A DNA stretch of 64,000 nucleotides, from positions 5,504,001 through 5,568,000 of the forward strand of contig OY970368.1 of the NCBI GenBank assembly GCA_963718615.1, read 5' to 3'. This document shows positions 52,581-62,949 of this stretch, in pieces; positions within the stretch are counted from its first letter, which is position 1; each line of letters begins with the position of its first letter. The position numbers were made by a program, and so were the translations under genes. The notes beneath the pieces were generated by a model. The model saw only the letters and a list, made by a program, of their open reading frames with translations, made no database searches and was not told the DNA's origin. Origin of the DNA: an uncultured cyanobacterium (GTDB lineage: Bacteria; Cyanobacteriota; Cyanobacteriia; PCC-9006; JAAUQQ01).

Positions 52581-53193
52581 TTGTAAGTACCTCAAGCAAG
52601 TAAAAAGCGCGTTCAGTGGTAGATACGTCCCCAATCTCTACTGCCATGAGGCAGATACACCGTTCTGAGTTGTAGAAGCTGCTCTGTCAGCCACCCCGTT
52701 CGAACTCCGTTGAGATTACTGAACTTATGTATAAATACTAACTGGTTGTTTCGCGGACTGGCAATGCAAATCTCAGGGTTTCACGCAGCCTTTATAGCTT
52801 TGCAGAAATTAAATTTTTGAGCGGCTTCAAAGCCTTATCCACAGGGCTTTTTAAAAGTTCACCAAGGTTGTTTTTTGTGCTTTATAGTTTTTCCGGATGG
52901 GGCGATCGCCCCATCCCCTCCCCCATACTCAAATCCTTTTTCCACCAGCATTTTGCCCTACAGTAATCGCCATAAACATGACCCCTTGAGGTTGAGGATA
53001 GGACGGCGGAAGTCGCCTGGGGCGATCGCCTAATCGGGCACAAAAGTTCCCTGTAATTACTGAGATTTATCTGCGCATTCATGACGCTATTTATACTTAA
53101 TGATGAGTGGCGGCTGGAGGATGTACGGAAAGATCCGCAATTGTCAGTTCCCCTGGACGAGGAGGACGGACCGATGATGTCAAAATAAAAGAC

Positions 53194-56133
53194 ATGGCAA
53201 ACCCGACTGATTTCCCCACCCTGCTCCTCGTGGATGGTCACTCCCTGGCCTTCCGCGCTTACTATGCCTTCGCCAACAGCCGTGACGGAGGGCTGCGCAC
53301 GTCCACCGGCATCCCCACCAGCGTTGCCTTTGGGTTTACGAAGTCCCTGCTGGAAACGATGGTGATGGAAAAGCCCGATGCGGTGGCGCTGGCGTTTGAC
53401 TTGGGCGGGCCGACGTTTCGCCATGAGGCAGATGCCAAATATAAGGCCAACCGGGCGGAGACGCCGGAGGATTTTATTCCAGATGTGAATAATCTGACGG
53501 AACTGTTACGGGCGTTGGATTTGCCAATTTTTGTGCAGCCGGGGTACGAGGCCGATGATGTGTTGGGGACGCTGGCCCAGCAGGGGAGCACGGCGGGGTA
53601 TCGGGTCAAGATTTTAAGTGGCGATCGCGATCTCTTCCAGCTCGTAGACCCCGCCAAACGCATCAGTATTCTATATATGAGCACCGCCTACGGCAAAGGA
53701 GCCCGCAGCAGCCAGATTCAGGAATATGGTCCCGAGGACGTTAAGGACAAGCTGGGGGTGACGCCGGAGCAGGTGGTGGACTACAAGGCGCTCTGTGGCG
53801 ATGCCTCGGACAATATTCCGGGGGTCAAGGGAATTGGTCCCAAAACGGCGGTGACGCTGCTGAATGAGTATGGGTCGCTGGAGGTGATTTACGAGTCATT
53901 GGACAAGCTCAAGCCCGCTGTGCGCAAAAAGCTGGAGGAAGACCGGGAGGCAGCGATTCATTCCCAGAAGATGGCGCGGATTATTACGGATGTGGCGATC
54001 GAGTCCGAGGTTGAGTTTGCGGAATGCTGCCAACTGCGGGGCTTTGACGTGGATAAGGTTCTGCCCCTGCTGGAAAAATTAGAGCTGCAATCCTTTATTC
54101 AGCAGATCCAAAAACTCCAAACCCTCCTAGGCGGTGCGTCGCGTTCTGCTCATCCAACTGAGCCAATCGCCCCCGCGCCCCTGACCCCCGCTCCAGACAT
54201 CTCCTCCGACCCCGATCTAGATTTCTTCAGCGCAGCCGAAACTCAAGCAGCCCAACGCCATGCAACCGAGACCCGGATTCAACCCTGGGTGATCGCAACG
54301 CCGGCCCAGCTCCAGGACTTGGTTGAAAAACTCAAAACCCACACCGATCCCCAAAATCCCGTGGCTTGGGATACGGAAACCAGTGCCCTGGATCCCCGCG
54401 ATGCGGAATTAGTCGGGATTGGCTGTTGTTGGGGCGTCGGTGCTGCCGATCTGGCCTATATTCCCCTGGGTCATAGTATCTTGGGGAGCCAGAACCTGGA
54501 ACTCTTGCCGACCCTCCAGGCCCTACGAGAGATTTTGGAAGATCCCCAATATCCTAAGGCCCTCCAGAATGCCAAGTTCGATCGCCTCATTCTCAAACAC
54601 CAGGGCGTAACCCTGCGAGGTGTTGTCTTCGATACCATGCTCGCCAGCTATCTGCTCAATCCCGACGATAACCACAAGCTCGAAAATATTTCCCAGCGGA
54701 TGTTGGGCTTTTCCTCGAAGAGCTACGACCAGCTCGGGCTCAAAAAAGGTGCTAGCATCGGCACGTTGCCGGTGGCGGATATCGCTGAATATTGTGGTTT
54801 TGATGTCTACGCAACCTATCAGCTTGTGCCCAAGCTGCGAACAGCATTGGCAGCGTTGCCCAAGCTGCTAGATTTACTCACCCAAGTCGAAATTCCCCTA
54901 GAGCCGATCTTGGCCGAAATGGAAGACCAGGGCATTCGGATTAATACGGCCTATTTACGCGAGTTTTCCAAGTCCCTGGAAACGGACCTGGCCCAACTGG
55001 AACAACAGGCTTATGACGCGGCGGGAGAAACCTTTAATTTAGGGTCACCCAAGCAGCTCAGCGAACTCTTTTTCGAGCGATTGGGGCTCGATACGAAAAA
55101 ATCCCGCAAAATCAAAACTGGCTATTCCACCGACGCCGCCGTGCTTGAAAAGCTCCAGGGCGACCATCCCGTCGTTGATTACATCGTCGAATATCGCACG
55201 TTAGCCAAGCTCAAATCCACCTACGTTGATGCCTTGCCCAACTTGGTGCGACCCGAAACGGGGCGAGTCCACACTGACTATAACCAAGCGGTGACGGCCA
55301 CGGGGCGATTGTCTTCTTCCAAACCCAATTTGCAAAATATTCCCATTCGGACTGCCTTTAGTCGACAGATTCGCCAAGCCTTTGTGCCTCAAGAGGGCTG
55401 GATTTTGGTCGCGGCGGATTATTCCCAAATCGAGTTGCGAATTTTAACCCATCTGAGCCAAGAGCCAATTTTGGTCGAGACCTACCGTAAGAACGAAGAT
55501 ATCCATGCACTTACGGCTAAACTCCTGCTGGAAAAATCAGAAATTACCAGCGAAGACCGTCGCCTTGGCAAAATCATTAACTTTGGGGTGATCTATGGCA
55601 TGGGTGCCCATCGGTTTGCTCGGGAGACGGGGGTGAGTTACGGTCAGGCCAAGGGCTTTTTGGATCGGTATCACGATCGCTATCCCAAAATTTTTGAGTA
55701 TCTTCAGCGGATGGAACAGGAGGCGATCGCCCAGGGCTACGTAGAAACTATCTGGGGCCGTCGTCGCTATTTCAATTTCACTGGCAACAATCTCCAGACC
55801 TTGCGGGGCAAAGATCCCAGCGAAGTCGATCTGGCTAAGCTCAAACCCCGAGGCTTCGATGCGGGCCTGCTCCGCGCGGCGGCCAATGCGCCGATTCAGG
55901 GGTCGAGTGCGGACATTATCAAAATTGCCATGGTCCAGCTCAGCAAACTTTTAGCCGATTACCAAGCGCGGCTGTTGCTGCAGGTGCATGACGAACTGGT
56001 CTTTGAAATGCCGCTGGAGGAGTGGGTGGAATTGGAGCATAAAATTCAGCACAGTATGGAAAATGCCGTGCAGCTCAGCATTCCGCTTCAGGTGGAAATT
56101 CGAGCTGGGGCAAACTGGATGGAGGCAAAATAG
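53194..56133 (+). CDS. polA: DNA polymerase I
   Basis: LLVDGHSLAFR, GYEADD, GDASDNIPG, DTET, TGRLSS..PNLQNIP, ADYSQIELR, NAPIQG, QVHDELV. Confidence 0.98.
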   Translation: MANPTDFPTLLLVDGHSLAFRAYYAFANSRDGGLRTSTGIPTSVAFGFTKSLLETMVMEKPDAVALAFDLGGPTFRHEADAKYKANRAETPEDFIPDVNNLTELLRALDLPIFVQPGYEADDVLGTLAQQGSTAGYRVKILSGDRDLFQLVDPAKRISILYMSTAYGKGARSSQIQEYGPEDVKDKLGVTPEQVVDYKALCGDASDNIPGVKGIGPKTAVTLLNEYGSLEVIYESLDKLKPAVRKKLEEDREAAIHSQKMARIITDVAIESEVEFAECCQLRGFDVDKVLPLLEKLELQSFIQQIQKLQTLLGGASRSAHPTEPIAPAPLTPAPDISSDPDLDFFSAAETQAAQRHATETRIQPWVIATPAQLQDLVEKLKTHTDPQNPVAWDTETSALDPRDAELVGIGCCWGVGAADLAYIPLGHSILGSQNLELLPTLQALREILEDPQYPKALQNAKFDRLILKHQGVTLRGVVFDTMLASYLLNPDDNHKLENISQRMLGFSSKSYDQLGLKKGASIGTLPVADIAEYCGFDVYATYQLVPKLRTALAALPKLLDLLTQVEIPLEPILAEMEDQGIRINTAYLREFSKSLETDLAQLEQQAYDAAGETFNLGSPKQLSELFFERLGLDTKKSRKIKTGYSTDAAVLEKLQGDHPVVDYIVEYRTLAKLKSTYVDALPNLVRPETGRVHTDYNQAVTATGRLSSSKPNLQNIPIRTAFSRQIRQAFVPQEGWILVAADYSQIELRILTHLSQEPILVETYRKNEDIHALTAKLLLEKSEITSEDRRLGKIINFGVIYGMGAHRFARETGVSYGQAKGFLDRYHDRYPKIFEYLQRMEQEAIAQGYVETIWGRRRYFNFTGNNLQTLRGKDPSEVDLAKLKPRGFDAGLLRAAANAPIQGSSADIIKIAMVQLSKLLADYQARLLLQVHDELVFEMPLEEWVELEHKIQHSMENAVQLSIPLQVEIRAGANWMEAK

Positions 56134-56145
56134 CGAGTTCTTCCC

Positions 56146-56442
56146 CTAGTCCAAAAAAATCTTTCGAATCATCTCTAGATCATCCAGGTGATAGCTCAGC
56201 CAAGTTTTGCCCTGAATCCACACCTCCACATTGGGGCAATCAAAATCCCGCGCCAGCACATCCAGACGCACCGTTAGCCCATCGGCCAAGACCTCCGCAA
56301 ACAGACGATCCACGGATTCCGTATCTGCACAATGGGCGATCAGAGTATGGTCATCCATGGATTCATCATCCTTGGCGGCAATGGTGAGACCCTCGATCGG
56401 GGGAAGATGATAGCGATCGCGTAGCGTTTGAGTCAAGCTCAT
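56146..56442 (-). CDS. Hypothetical protein (98 aa)
   Basis: ORF fills the gap after polA; no family recognised. Confidence 0.6.
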   Translation of the reverse strand: MSLTQTLRDRYHLPPIEGLTIAAKDDESMDDHTLIAHCADTESVDRLFAEVLADGLTVRLDVLARDFDCPNVEVWIQGKTWLSYHLDDLEMIRKIFLD

Positions 56443-56636
56443 GGTACAGGCTCCAGATTGCGTCCAGACGCCCCTGAGTAAAAAGAGGTCGCCTATACCC
56501 CAGTCGGAAAACCGTTGGTTCGAGTCGTAATAAATTTCAGGTGCATCGTTCTTTTCTCCTCTGCCGCATATTAGTAATTATCTATACAGAGTGATCTGCG
56601 AGTCTTCCGTACAACCTGAAAAATTTAAGATCGGCT

Positions 56637-58298
56637 TTAGCTCAGACTGAAGGAATTTACGCCAGTCACCGTAGTTCCATTCATTTGCCAAATCTTGAGC
56701 TCCCCTAGACTCGCATTATACCAGGCGATATCCGAGTAGCTGTCTACGGTGTAATCGGCGATCGCCCCCAGCACCCAACCGTCCGCTACGCCTGCGGTGT
56801 CGATACTGCTATCGATTGCCTCCAGGGATAGCCCGACCCCATTGCTCTCTAGCTGCTGCGTAAACAGAGCAGCGGATTGTGAATCCTGCCACAACAGTTC
56901 GAAGGTTCCATCCTGGTCAAAATCGCCACTCCCCACAATGGTTTTGCCCGTGACCGAGCCCAGTTGAAACGGCACCTTGTCCGTTTGCTGACCCTCGCTG
57001 ATATACCACAGGACCGCTGCTCCCGTTTCCCTGTTATACCAAATCAAATCCGACTGATCATCCTGATTAAAATCGCCCGTGCCGTGGATTTGCCAAGCCC
57101 CGTCGGTCACCGAAGGGAGGACCATTGCCGTGGGACGCTGTTCGGCATCCATCAGCCAAAGTAGGGTTTGGCCTGTTTTTTGATTGCGCCAGACCCAATC
57201 TGCGATCGCATCTCCATTAAACTGACCACTGCCTTGAATTTGCCAATTCGCATCTTGGATCGTGGGACCGACCTGCTGAATTTGCTGAATCTGTGTGCGA
57301 TCGAGAGCCACGACCTGAGCGGCTCCCCCTTGGGGCGATCGCAGTAGAAAATCGCTCTGATAATCTCCATTAAAGTCTGTAAGAACCGTTGGATTTTGAA
57401 CCTGAATCAAAAAAGTTTGTTCGACGGCATTACCCTGAAGATTAGTGGCACGCAGTGTAATGGATGTGCTGCCGATTTTTTTCGGTAGATAATCAAGAAT
57501 GAGTTGATTGTTTTCAATCTTTGCATTGATCAGATTGGGGTTGGAATTTTGGGCGATCGCAAAACTCAACTCTTCTTGCTGGAAGACCGTGATGCTTTTG
57601 TAGCGCACAAAGTTTTCATCCCTAGTGATCAAAAGACTGCTAGGATCGTCAAAAATTATAGGAATCTCGGCAAAGGCACCGTTGACCCTACTGACGTCAA
57701 ATCTGGGGAGCGCTGCGATCGCATCCACCGCGACCAAGTCGGCCTCAGAGATCACTTCTCCAAAAACCGTAAACCCGTCATTTTGACTGTTGAGACTAGC
57801 CGAATTATCCTTGAGGTTAAAAAACCATTGACTCGTTGCACTATTTGGGTCACCACCGATCTTGGCAAAAGCGATCGTTCCTCGGGTATTGGAGCGCGCA
57901 GCACTAAACTCGTTCTGAATGGGCGCATCCGTTGGGACTGAGAAAATCGCATTGTTAGGGGTTTGGAGATTATTCGCTAAATCGTTAACAATAAACCCTC
58001 CCCCCTGAACGACAAAATTCGGAATAGACCGATGGATAATACTATTCACATAGTCACCATCATTCACATAGTTCACAAAGTTTTGAACACTCACCGGTGC
58101 GCCACTACCGGGTTGATCGTAGAGCAAAACATGGGTAATGCCACCGCCCAAACTAGTGTTTTCTAACTCAAAGCGAGCGGTTAATCCTGTCGTTAATGGA
58201 TCATCAAAATAGTCAAACAAGCTAATGACGCTATCAGCCGCTGTAGGAAGGGTGAGAATGTCTGAGATGGGGGTTTTAACAATGGGTGTGGATGGCAT
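56637..58298 (-). CDS. Cyclophilin-type peptidyl-prolyl isomerase fused to an Ig-like segment and FG-GAP/VCBS repeats
   Basis: HRSIPNFVVQGGG, RGTIAFAK, SATSQWFFNL, FTVFGEV; DFNGD/GDFNQD/GDFDQD repeats. Confidence 0.88.
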   Translation of the reverse strand: MPSTPIVKTPISDILTLPTAADSVISLFDYFDDPLTTGLTARFELENTSLGGGITHVLLYDQPGSGAPVSVQNFVNYVNDGDYVNSIIHRSIPNFVVQGGGFIVNDLANNLQTPNNAIFSVPTDAPIQNEFSAARSNTRGTIAFAKIGGDPNSATSQWFFNLKDNSASLNSQNDGFTVFGEVISEADLVAVDAIAALPRFDVSRVNGAFAEIPIIFDDPSSLLITRDENFVRYKSITVFQQEELSFAIAQNSNPNLINAKIENNQLILDYLPKKIGSTSITLRATNLQGNAVEQTFLIQVQNPTVLTDFNGDYQSDFLLRSPQGGAAQVVALDRTQIQQIQQVGPTIQDANWQIQGSGQFNGDAIADWVWRNQKTGQTLLWLMDAEQRPTAMVLPSVTDGAWQIHGTGDFNQDDQSDLIWYNRETGAAVLWYISEGQQTDKVPFQLGSVTGKTIVGSGDFDQDGTFELLWQDSQSAALFTQQLESNGVGLSLEAIDSSIDTAGVADGWVLGAIADYTVDSYSDIAWYNASLGELKIWQMNGTTVTGVNSFSLS

Positions 58299-58412
58299 GG
58301 GGAAACTCTCCCGAACGATCGCGCAGGCTGAAGGATGGATGCTTAGGGTACCCGACTCGACCTTAATTTTTGCGCAGTACTGTAGATCTTAGGTCATATT
58401 GGATGCTGCAAT

Positions 58413-59306
58413 TCAGCGCCGCTTCAGTAATTTCCTGCCTTGGGGGGCAATGAGGGCGATCGCCACCAAAACCGCTGTCACCAAATTCAAATCCTGAGCC
58501 TGGAGGCCAATCCAGTCTGCATTGAGGGCGAGGGCGATCGCCAATCGATAGACCACCGCCCCCAGCAACACGCCCAACGTCCGCAGGGGCACCTTGCCCG
58601 AGCTTCCCCCCAGCAGCGCCTCGCCAATAATCACCGCCGCTAAGCCAAACACAATCGTTCCCACCCCCAGAGACACATCCGCAAAGCCGTTGGTCTGGGC
58701 AAACAAGGCTCCCGCCAACGCCACCAGGCCATTACTCAGCGCTAGCCCGGTCATGATCATGCCCCCGGTCCGAATCCCCTGGGCTTCTGCCATGGTTGGC
58801 GTCGAGCCTGTGGCACGCATAGCCAGACCCATTTCGGAGGCCAGGAAGGCATCCAGTAAAAATTTTGTTGCGATCGCAACCCCAAACAACACCAGGGGAA
58901 TCCCTACCCGTTTCGGCAACAGCTCCAGCACCCCTTGGAGCGGTGTCAAAATTGTCGGTTCACCCAGGAGCGAAACGTTGGGCTGGCCCATAATCCGCAG
59001 ATTGATTGAATAGAGCGCGATCATCGTCAGGATGCTGGCAAGGAGATTGAGAATCTTGAATTGGACCGACAGCCAAGCGGTGCAAAGACCCGCGAGACCG
59101 CCTGCGAGGAGAGCGATCGCCGTTGCCCAGATCGGATGAACCCCATTGACAATCAGTGTAGCCGCCACTGCTCCGCCCAGGGGAAAGCTACCGTCAACGG
59201 TGAGATCAGGAAAGTCGAGCACTCGGAAGGAAAGATACACCCCGAGGCCAACCAAGCCATAGATAAAACCTAGCTCAAGGGCACCGGAGAAGGCGATCCA
59301 GTTCAT
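58413..59306 (-). CDS. ABC transporter permease (putative aromatic amino-acid type)
   Basis: FRVLDFPDLTVDGSFPLGG, LYSINLRIMG.PN, GLAMRATG, LAAVIIGE. Confidence 0.9.
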   Translation of the reverse strand: MNWIAFSGALELGFIYGLVGLGVYLSFRVLDFPDLTVDGSFPLGGAVAATLIVNGVHPIWATAIALLAGGLAGLCTAWLSVQFKILNLLASILTMIALYSINLRIMGQPNVSLLGEPTILTPLQGVLELLPKRVGIPLVLFGVAIATKFLLDAFLASEMGLAMRATGSTPTMAEAQGIRTGGMIMTGLALSNGLVALAGALFAQTNGFADVSLGVGTIVFGLAAVIIGEALLGGSSGKVPLRTLGVLLGAVVYRLAIALALNADWIGLQAQDLNLVTAVLVAIALIAPQGRKLLKRR

Positions 59307-59687
59307 GACAAACGCTGAAGAACAAGAGACGATTCCTTAATCATCCCGCATTTATCCTAGGCCAAGATCCATTTTGGGAGACATGGCGACAGCGCAACAA
59401 AAATGCATGACAACCCCAAGGCTAATAATATTGTGTTACGCTCGATACAAGCTAAGTTTAAATCGAGACTCAATTCAGGCTTGAGATCTTCGGCACCGAT
59501 CCTGCATGACTTAGGCTTGCAGATCCATGTTTTGGCCGAATTAGATTTTTAATAACCTCGAAAATACAAAACACCAGGTTAATGATGCCTGATGCTCATT
59601 TTTCATGCCGAGAAAACCTTGGTCATCGACAGAGCTTACAGCTTCGAAAAGCCCTGAGAGACTCAAGAATAGATAGGAAAAACTAAA

Positions 59688-60809
59688 ATGGCAATCCTCA
59701 AAGAAACCGCCTTAGTCTATTGTGAAAATCAGTTTGGCCTAGCCGATGGTAAAACAGCCGCAGGCTTAGTTCGGCATTCTGAACTCTATGATATTGTCGG
59801 CGTGATCGATAGTGCGCTAACGGGCAAAGATGCGGGGGAGGAGTTAGGCGAGACAAAGCGTAACATTCCGATTTTTGCCAATTTAACCGAGGCCCTGAGC
59901 GAGCTTGTACAAATTCCCGACTGTTATATCTATGGGAAAGCTCCCTTAGAAGCCTGCATCTCTAAGCTAGAAAGACTGCTGATCTTAGAAGCCATGGAAA
60001 AGGGCATGGATATTATCAATGGTCTCCATCAACTTTTTTCAGAAGATCAAGAATTTATTGATATGGCGGTTCAATGCCGAGTCAATATTAAGGATATTCG
60101 CAAGCCCCCAGAATTAAAAAATCTCCATGTTTTTAGCGGCCAAATCGCTCAAGTGAACATTCCCGTCATTGCGGTATTGGGCACCGACTGCGCCTGTGGC
60201 AAGATGACCACAGCGGTAGAGCTGAATGAAGCCCTAAACCGCCAGGGCATCAAATCCATCATGATTGCCACCGGTCAAACCAGCTTGATGCAGGGCGCTA
60301 AATATGGTGCGCCCATGGATGCTCTCGTGTCCCAATTTGCCATCGGTGAAATCGAGCATGCTGTTGTGCAGGCCTTTGAGCAAGAACAGCCCGATATCAT
60401 TTTGGTCGAGGGGCAAAGCTCCGTGAGCCATCCCGCCTTTATGAGTTCTATCGGCATTCTCAAGGGATGTTTGCCCGATGGTATTATTCTCCAGCATCCG
60501 CCCGCTCGAAAAGCTCGCTGTGATTTTCCCCAGTTAGCGATGCCAAACATTGAAGATGAGATTCATTTGATTGAAGCGATCTCCCAATCCCAGGTGATGG
60601 CGATCGCCCTCAGCCACGAAGACCTACCCGAATCAGAAATTCCCAAAATCATTGCAGATTATGAAACTCGATTGCAATTACCCACAACGGATGTGTTGCA
60701 TTATAGCTGTCAGAAATTGATTAATGCGTTGTGCGATCGCTTCCCCAATCTCAAGCAAATTATTGAACGCAACCGTTTAGAAAAAATGCCGATGCTCTCC
60801 GCAAGATAG
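59688..60809 (+). CDS. DUF1611 family P-loop protein (DgcN-like)
   Basis: GKTAAGLVR, IINGLH, GTDCACGKMTT, ATGQT, VEGQ. Confidence 0.88.
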   Translation: MAILKETALVYCENQFGLADGKTAAGLVRHSELYDIVGVIDSALTGKDAGEELGETKRNIPIFANLTEALSELVQIPDCYIYGKAPLEACISKLERLLILEAMEKGMDIINGLHQLFSEDQEFIDMAVQCRVNIKDIRKPPELKNLHVFSGQIAQVNIPVIAVLGTDCACGKMTTAVELNEALNRQGIKSIMIATGQTSLMQGAKYGAPMDALVSQFAIGEIEHAVVQAFEQEQPDIILVEGQSSVSHPAFMSSIGILKGCLPDGIILQHPPARKARCDFPQLAMPNIEDEIHLIEAISQSQVMAIALSHEDLPESEIPKIIADYETRLQLPTTDVLHYSCQKLINALCDRFPNLKQIIERNRLEKMPMLSAR

Positions 60810-60842
60810 GCAGAGTGGATCGGTACAGCCTAGACCGCAACG

Positions 60843-61910
60843 ATGAAGTCATTCCTGCCACGGATAGAAATTTCTCTATCCAAAATTCGACATAATGCTC
60901 GGATCCTATCCGAGCGCTATGGGCGTCAGGGTATCGAACTCATGGGCGTCTCCAAAGCAATCTTGGGAGATCCTGCGATCGCCCAGGCCATGGTGCAAGG
61001 GGGGGTCAAGTTTATCGCGGACTCTCGCCTCGAAAATATTGAAAAACTTAGAGCATCTCAGCTAGAAACCCAGTTTGTTTTACTGCGCACGGCCCTCAGT
61101 CAAGCAGAAGCGGTGGTGGCCCATGTTGATATTAGTCTGAACACAGAACTGGAGACGTTAAAAGAACTTTCCCATTACGCCCAATCAACGAACAAAATCC
61201 ATCAAGTCATCATCATGGTGGAGCTAGGGGATTTGCGAGAGGGTGTACTGCCCGGTGATCTTTTACAATTCCTACAGCGAACCCTGCGATTGTCCCATCT
61301 TAAGGTGGTTGGCATTGGCTGCAATTTAGCCTGCTATGGCGGCATCAAGCCCGACCTCGCTAAAATGCAGGAGCTCTCCCAGTTGGCCACTGCCCTAGAG
61401 CATAAACTTCACATTCAATTGCAGATTGTCTCTGGCGGTAACTCTGCCAATGATGAATGGGCTCAATCTACGCCAGAAGTGGGAAGAGTTAACAATTTAC
61501 GCCTAGGTGAATCAATTTTGTTAGGGCGAGAAACGGTCTATGGCAAAACGATTGCTGGACTAAAAACCGATGCTTTTGAACTCTTTGCTGAAGTCATCGA
61601 ATCCAAACTAAAACCCTCTTTACCCTTTGGACAATCCTGCCCCAATGCCTTTGGGGAAATGCCCGTTTTTCGAGATCAAGGGATGCAGCAAAGAGCTATT
61701 CTGGCCTTGGGCAGGCAGGATGTTTCGATCTCTGATTTACGATCCGACGCGGTAGAACTCCTCGGTTCTAGCAGCGATCACATCATTCTCCATAGCAACC
61801 AAGAGCCGCTTGTCCTGGGTAGCACCGTCAAGTTTCAGCTCAACTACGGCGGTGTTTTGGCCGCCATGACCTCTCCTTTTATTCGCAAGCAATTTATCGA
61901 CCCGCTTTAG
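60843..61910 (+). CDS. PLP-dependent alanine/ornithine racemase family protein
   Basis: GVSK (PLP Lys), ADSRLENI, ELGDLREG, NLACYGG, SGGNS, RLGE, LGSSSDH. Confidence 0.9.
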   Translation: MKSFLPRIEISLSKIRHNARILSERYGRQGIELMGVSKAILGDPAIAQAMVQGGVKFIADSRLENIEKLRASQLETQFVLLRTALSQAEAVVAHVDISLNTELETLKELSHYAQSTNKIHQVIIMVELGDLREGVLPGDLLQFLQRTLRLSHLKVVGIGCNLACYGGIKPDLAKMQELSQLATALEHKLHIQLQIVSGGNSANDEWAQSTPEVGRVNNLRLGESILLGRETVYGKTIAGLKTDAFELFAEVIESKLKPSLPFGQSCPNAFGEMPVFRDQGMQQRAILALGRQDVSISDLRSDAVELLGSSSDHIILHSNQEPLVLGSTVKFQLNYGGVLAAMTSPFIRKQFIDPL

Positions 61911-61980
61911 GTGCCCTGGCCCTTGCCACCGTCCAAAAGGCTCTACCATAATGGGCCTGTTCCTCTGCCCCCCCTGCGCT

Positions 61981-62448
61981 ATGGCTGCCCCTTGGCAAAC
62001 GGAGCCCGTCATCCAACACACCCAGCGACTGCTGTTTAGTTTTGAATATTGGCTGGGGCGATCGCTCCTTCCCCAGGCCACTCTCTCTCCCGAAAATAAT
62101 GCCCAGCAATTATTCGACGCCGACTTTGTTCTGGTTTCCCACGGTTTGCAGGCCGACCCGATCTTCAACTACGGTAACCGCCAAGCCTTAGCGCTCTGGG
62201 AGCTGAGCTGGGACAGCCTCATCCAAATGCCCTCCCGTAAAACTGCCGAAGTGGATCTGCGAGCCGATCGCGCCCAAATGCTCACCGCTGCTCTGCGCAA
62301 GGGCTATATCGAGCATTATGAAGGGATCCGAATTTCTAGCACGGGCCACCGCTTTCGCATCCTGGATGGCATTATCTGGAATGTGGTCGACGAACTCGGC
62401 ACCCGCTGGGGCCAAGCGGCCACGTTTTCACGCTATGAGTTTCTATGA
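61981..62448 (+). CDS. MEKHLA domain protein
   Basis: VSHG.QADPIFNYGN..AL.LWE, MPSR.TAE, YEGIRISSTG.RF, GQAATF. Confidence 0.9.
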   Translation: MAAPWQTEPVIQHTQRLLFSFEYWLGRSLLPQATLSPENNAQQLFDADFVLVSHGLQADPIFNYGNRQALALWELSWDSLIQMPSRKTAEVDLRADRAQMLTAALRKGYIEHYEGIRISSTGHRFRILDGIIWNVVDELGTRWGQAATFSRYEFL

Positions 62449-62452
62449 GCCC

Positions 62453-62755
62453 ATGTCTTCCCTCGAACCGCCCGAACCGCCCAACGCCCCAGAAGTCTCT
62501 ACAACTCCACCAACCGCCCTTAGCGTTTGGGCGTTTAAGCCTTGGTGGTGCCAGCCTTGGAGTATCTTACTGACGGGATTTGGGGCGATCGCCCTCAGTT
62601 GGTTCCTGGCCCATCGGCTCTGGCTCACGGGCCTCGTCGCGATTCCGTTCCTAGCCTGGATGGGCTTTTTCCTGCTGGTCTTTCCCAAAGCCATGGCTGA
62701 AAGCGGCTTACTCGAAGAAATGCAGCGCAAGGCCTCCCCGCCGTTCGATATCTAG
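62453..62755 (+). CDS. Small membrane protein (DUF6737-like)
   Basis: W..KPWWCQPWSILLTG and two TM segments. Confidence 0.8.
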   Translation: MSSLEPPEPPNAPEVSTTPPTALSVWAFKPWWCQPWSILLTGFGAIALSWFLAHRLWLTGLVAIPFLAWMGFFLLVFPKAMAESGLLEEMQRKASPPFDI

Positions 62756-62949
62756 TTGATTTGGGCATTCTGGTACAAAGTCATTCTGTCATCCATCAGG
62801 CATCGGCTTGTTCCAGCCTGGATTGCGTATCCCCACTGATCCCCTCAAGACAGGTTCTCCTCCAACCGGTCTATCTCTCTATGGTTTTAGCACCACCCTA
62901 GGGAACATTTTTGCTGAGCGAGATTTATCAATACCGGGAGACAAGCACG

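Noticed and set aside
53194-56133. Intein or unusual insertion in PolA
   Set aside because: The extra length is a Pro/Ala-rich interdomain linker; no intein motifs
56517-56526. GGTTCGAGTC T-loop-like motif suggesting a tRNA
   Set aside because: No T-stem complement, acceptor stem or cloverleaf around it
59450-59687. Riboswitch upstream of the DUF1611 operon
   Set aside because: No conserved aptamer sequence recognised; needs an Infernal scan
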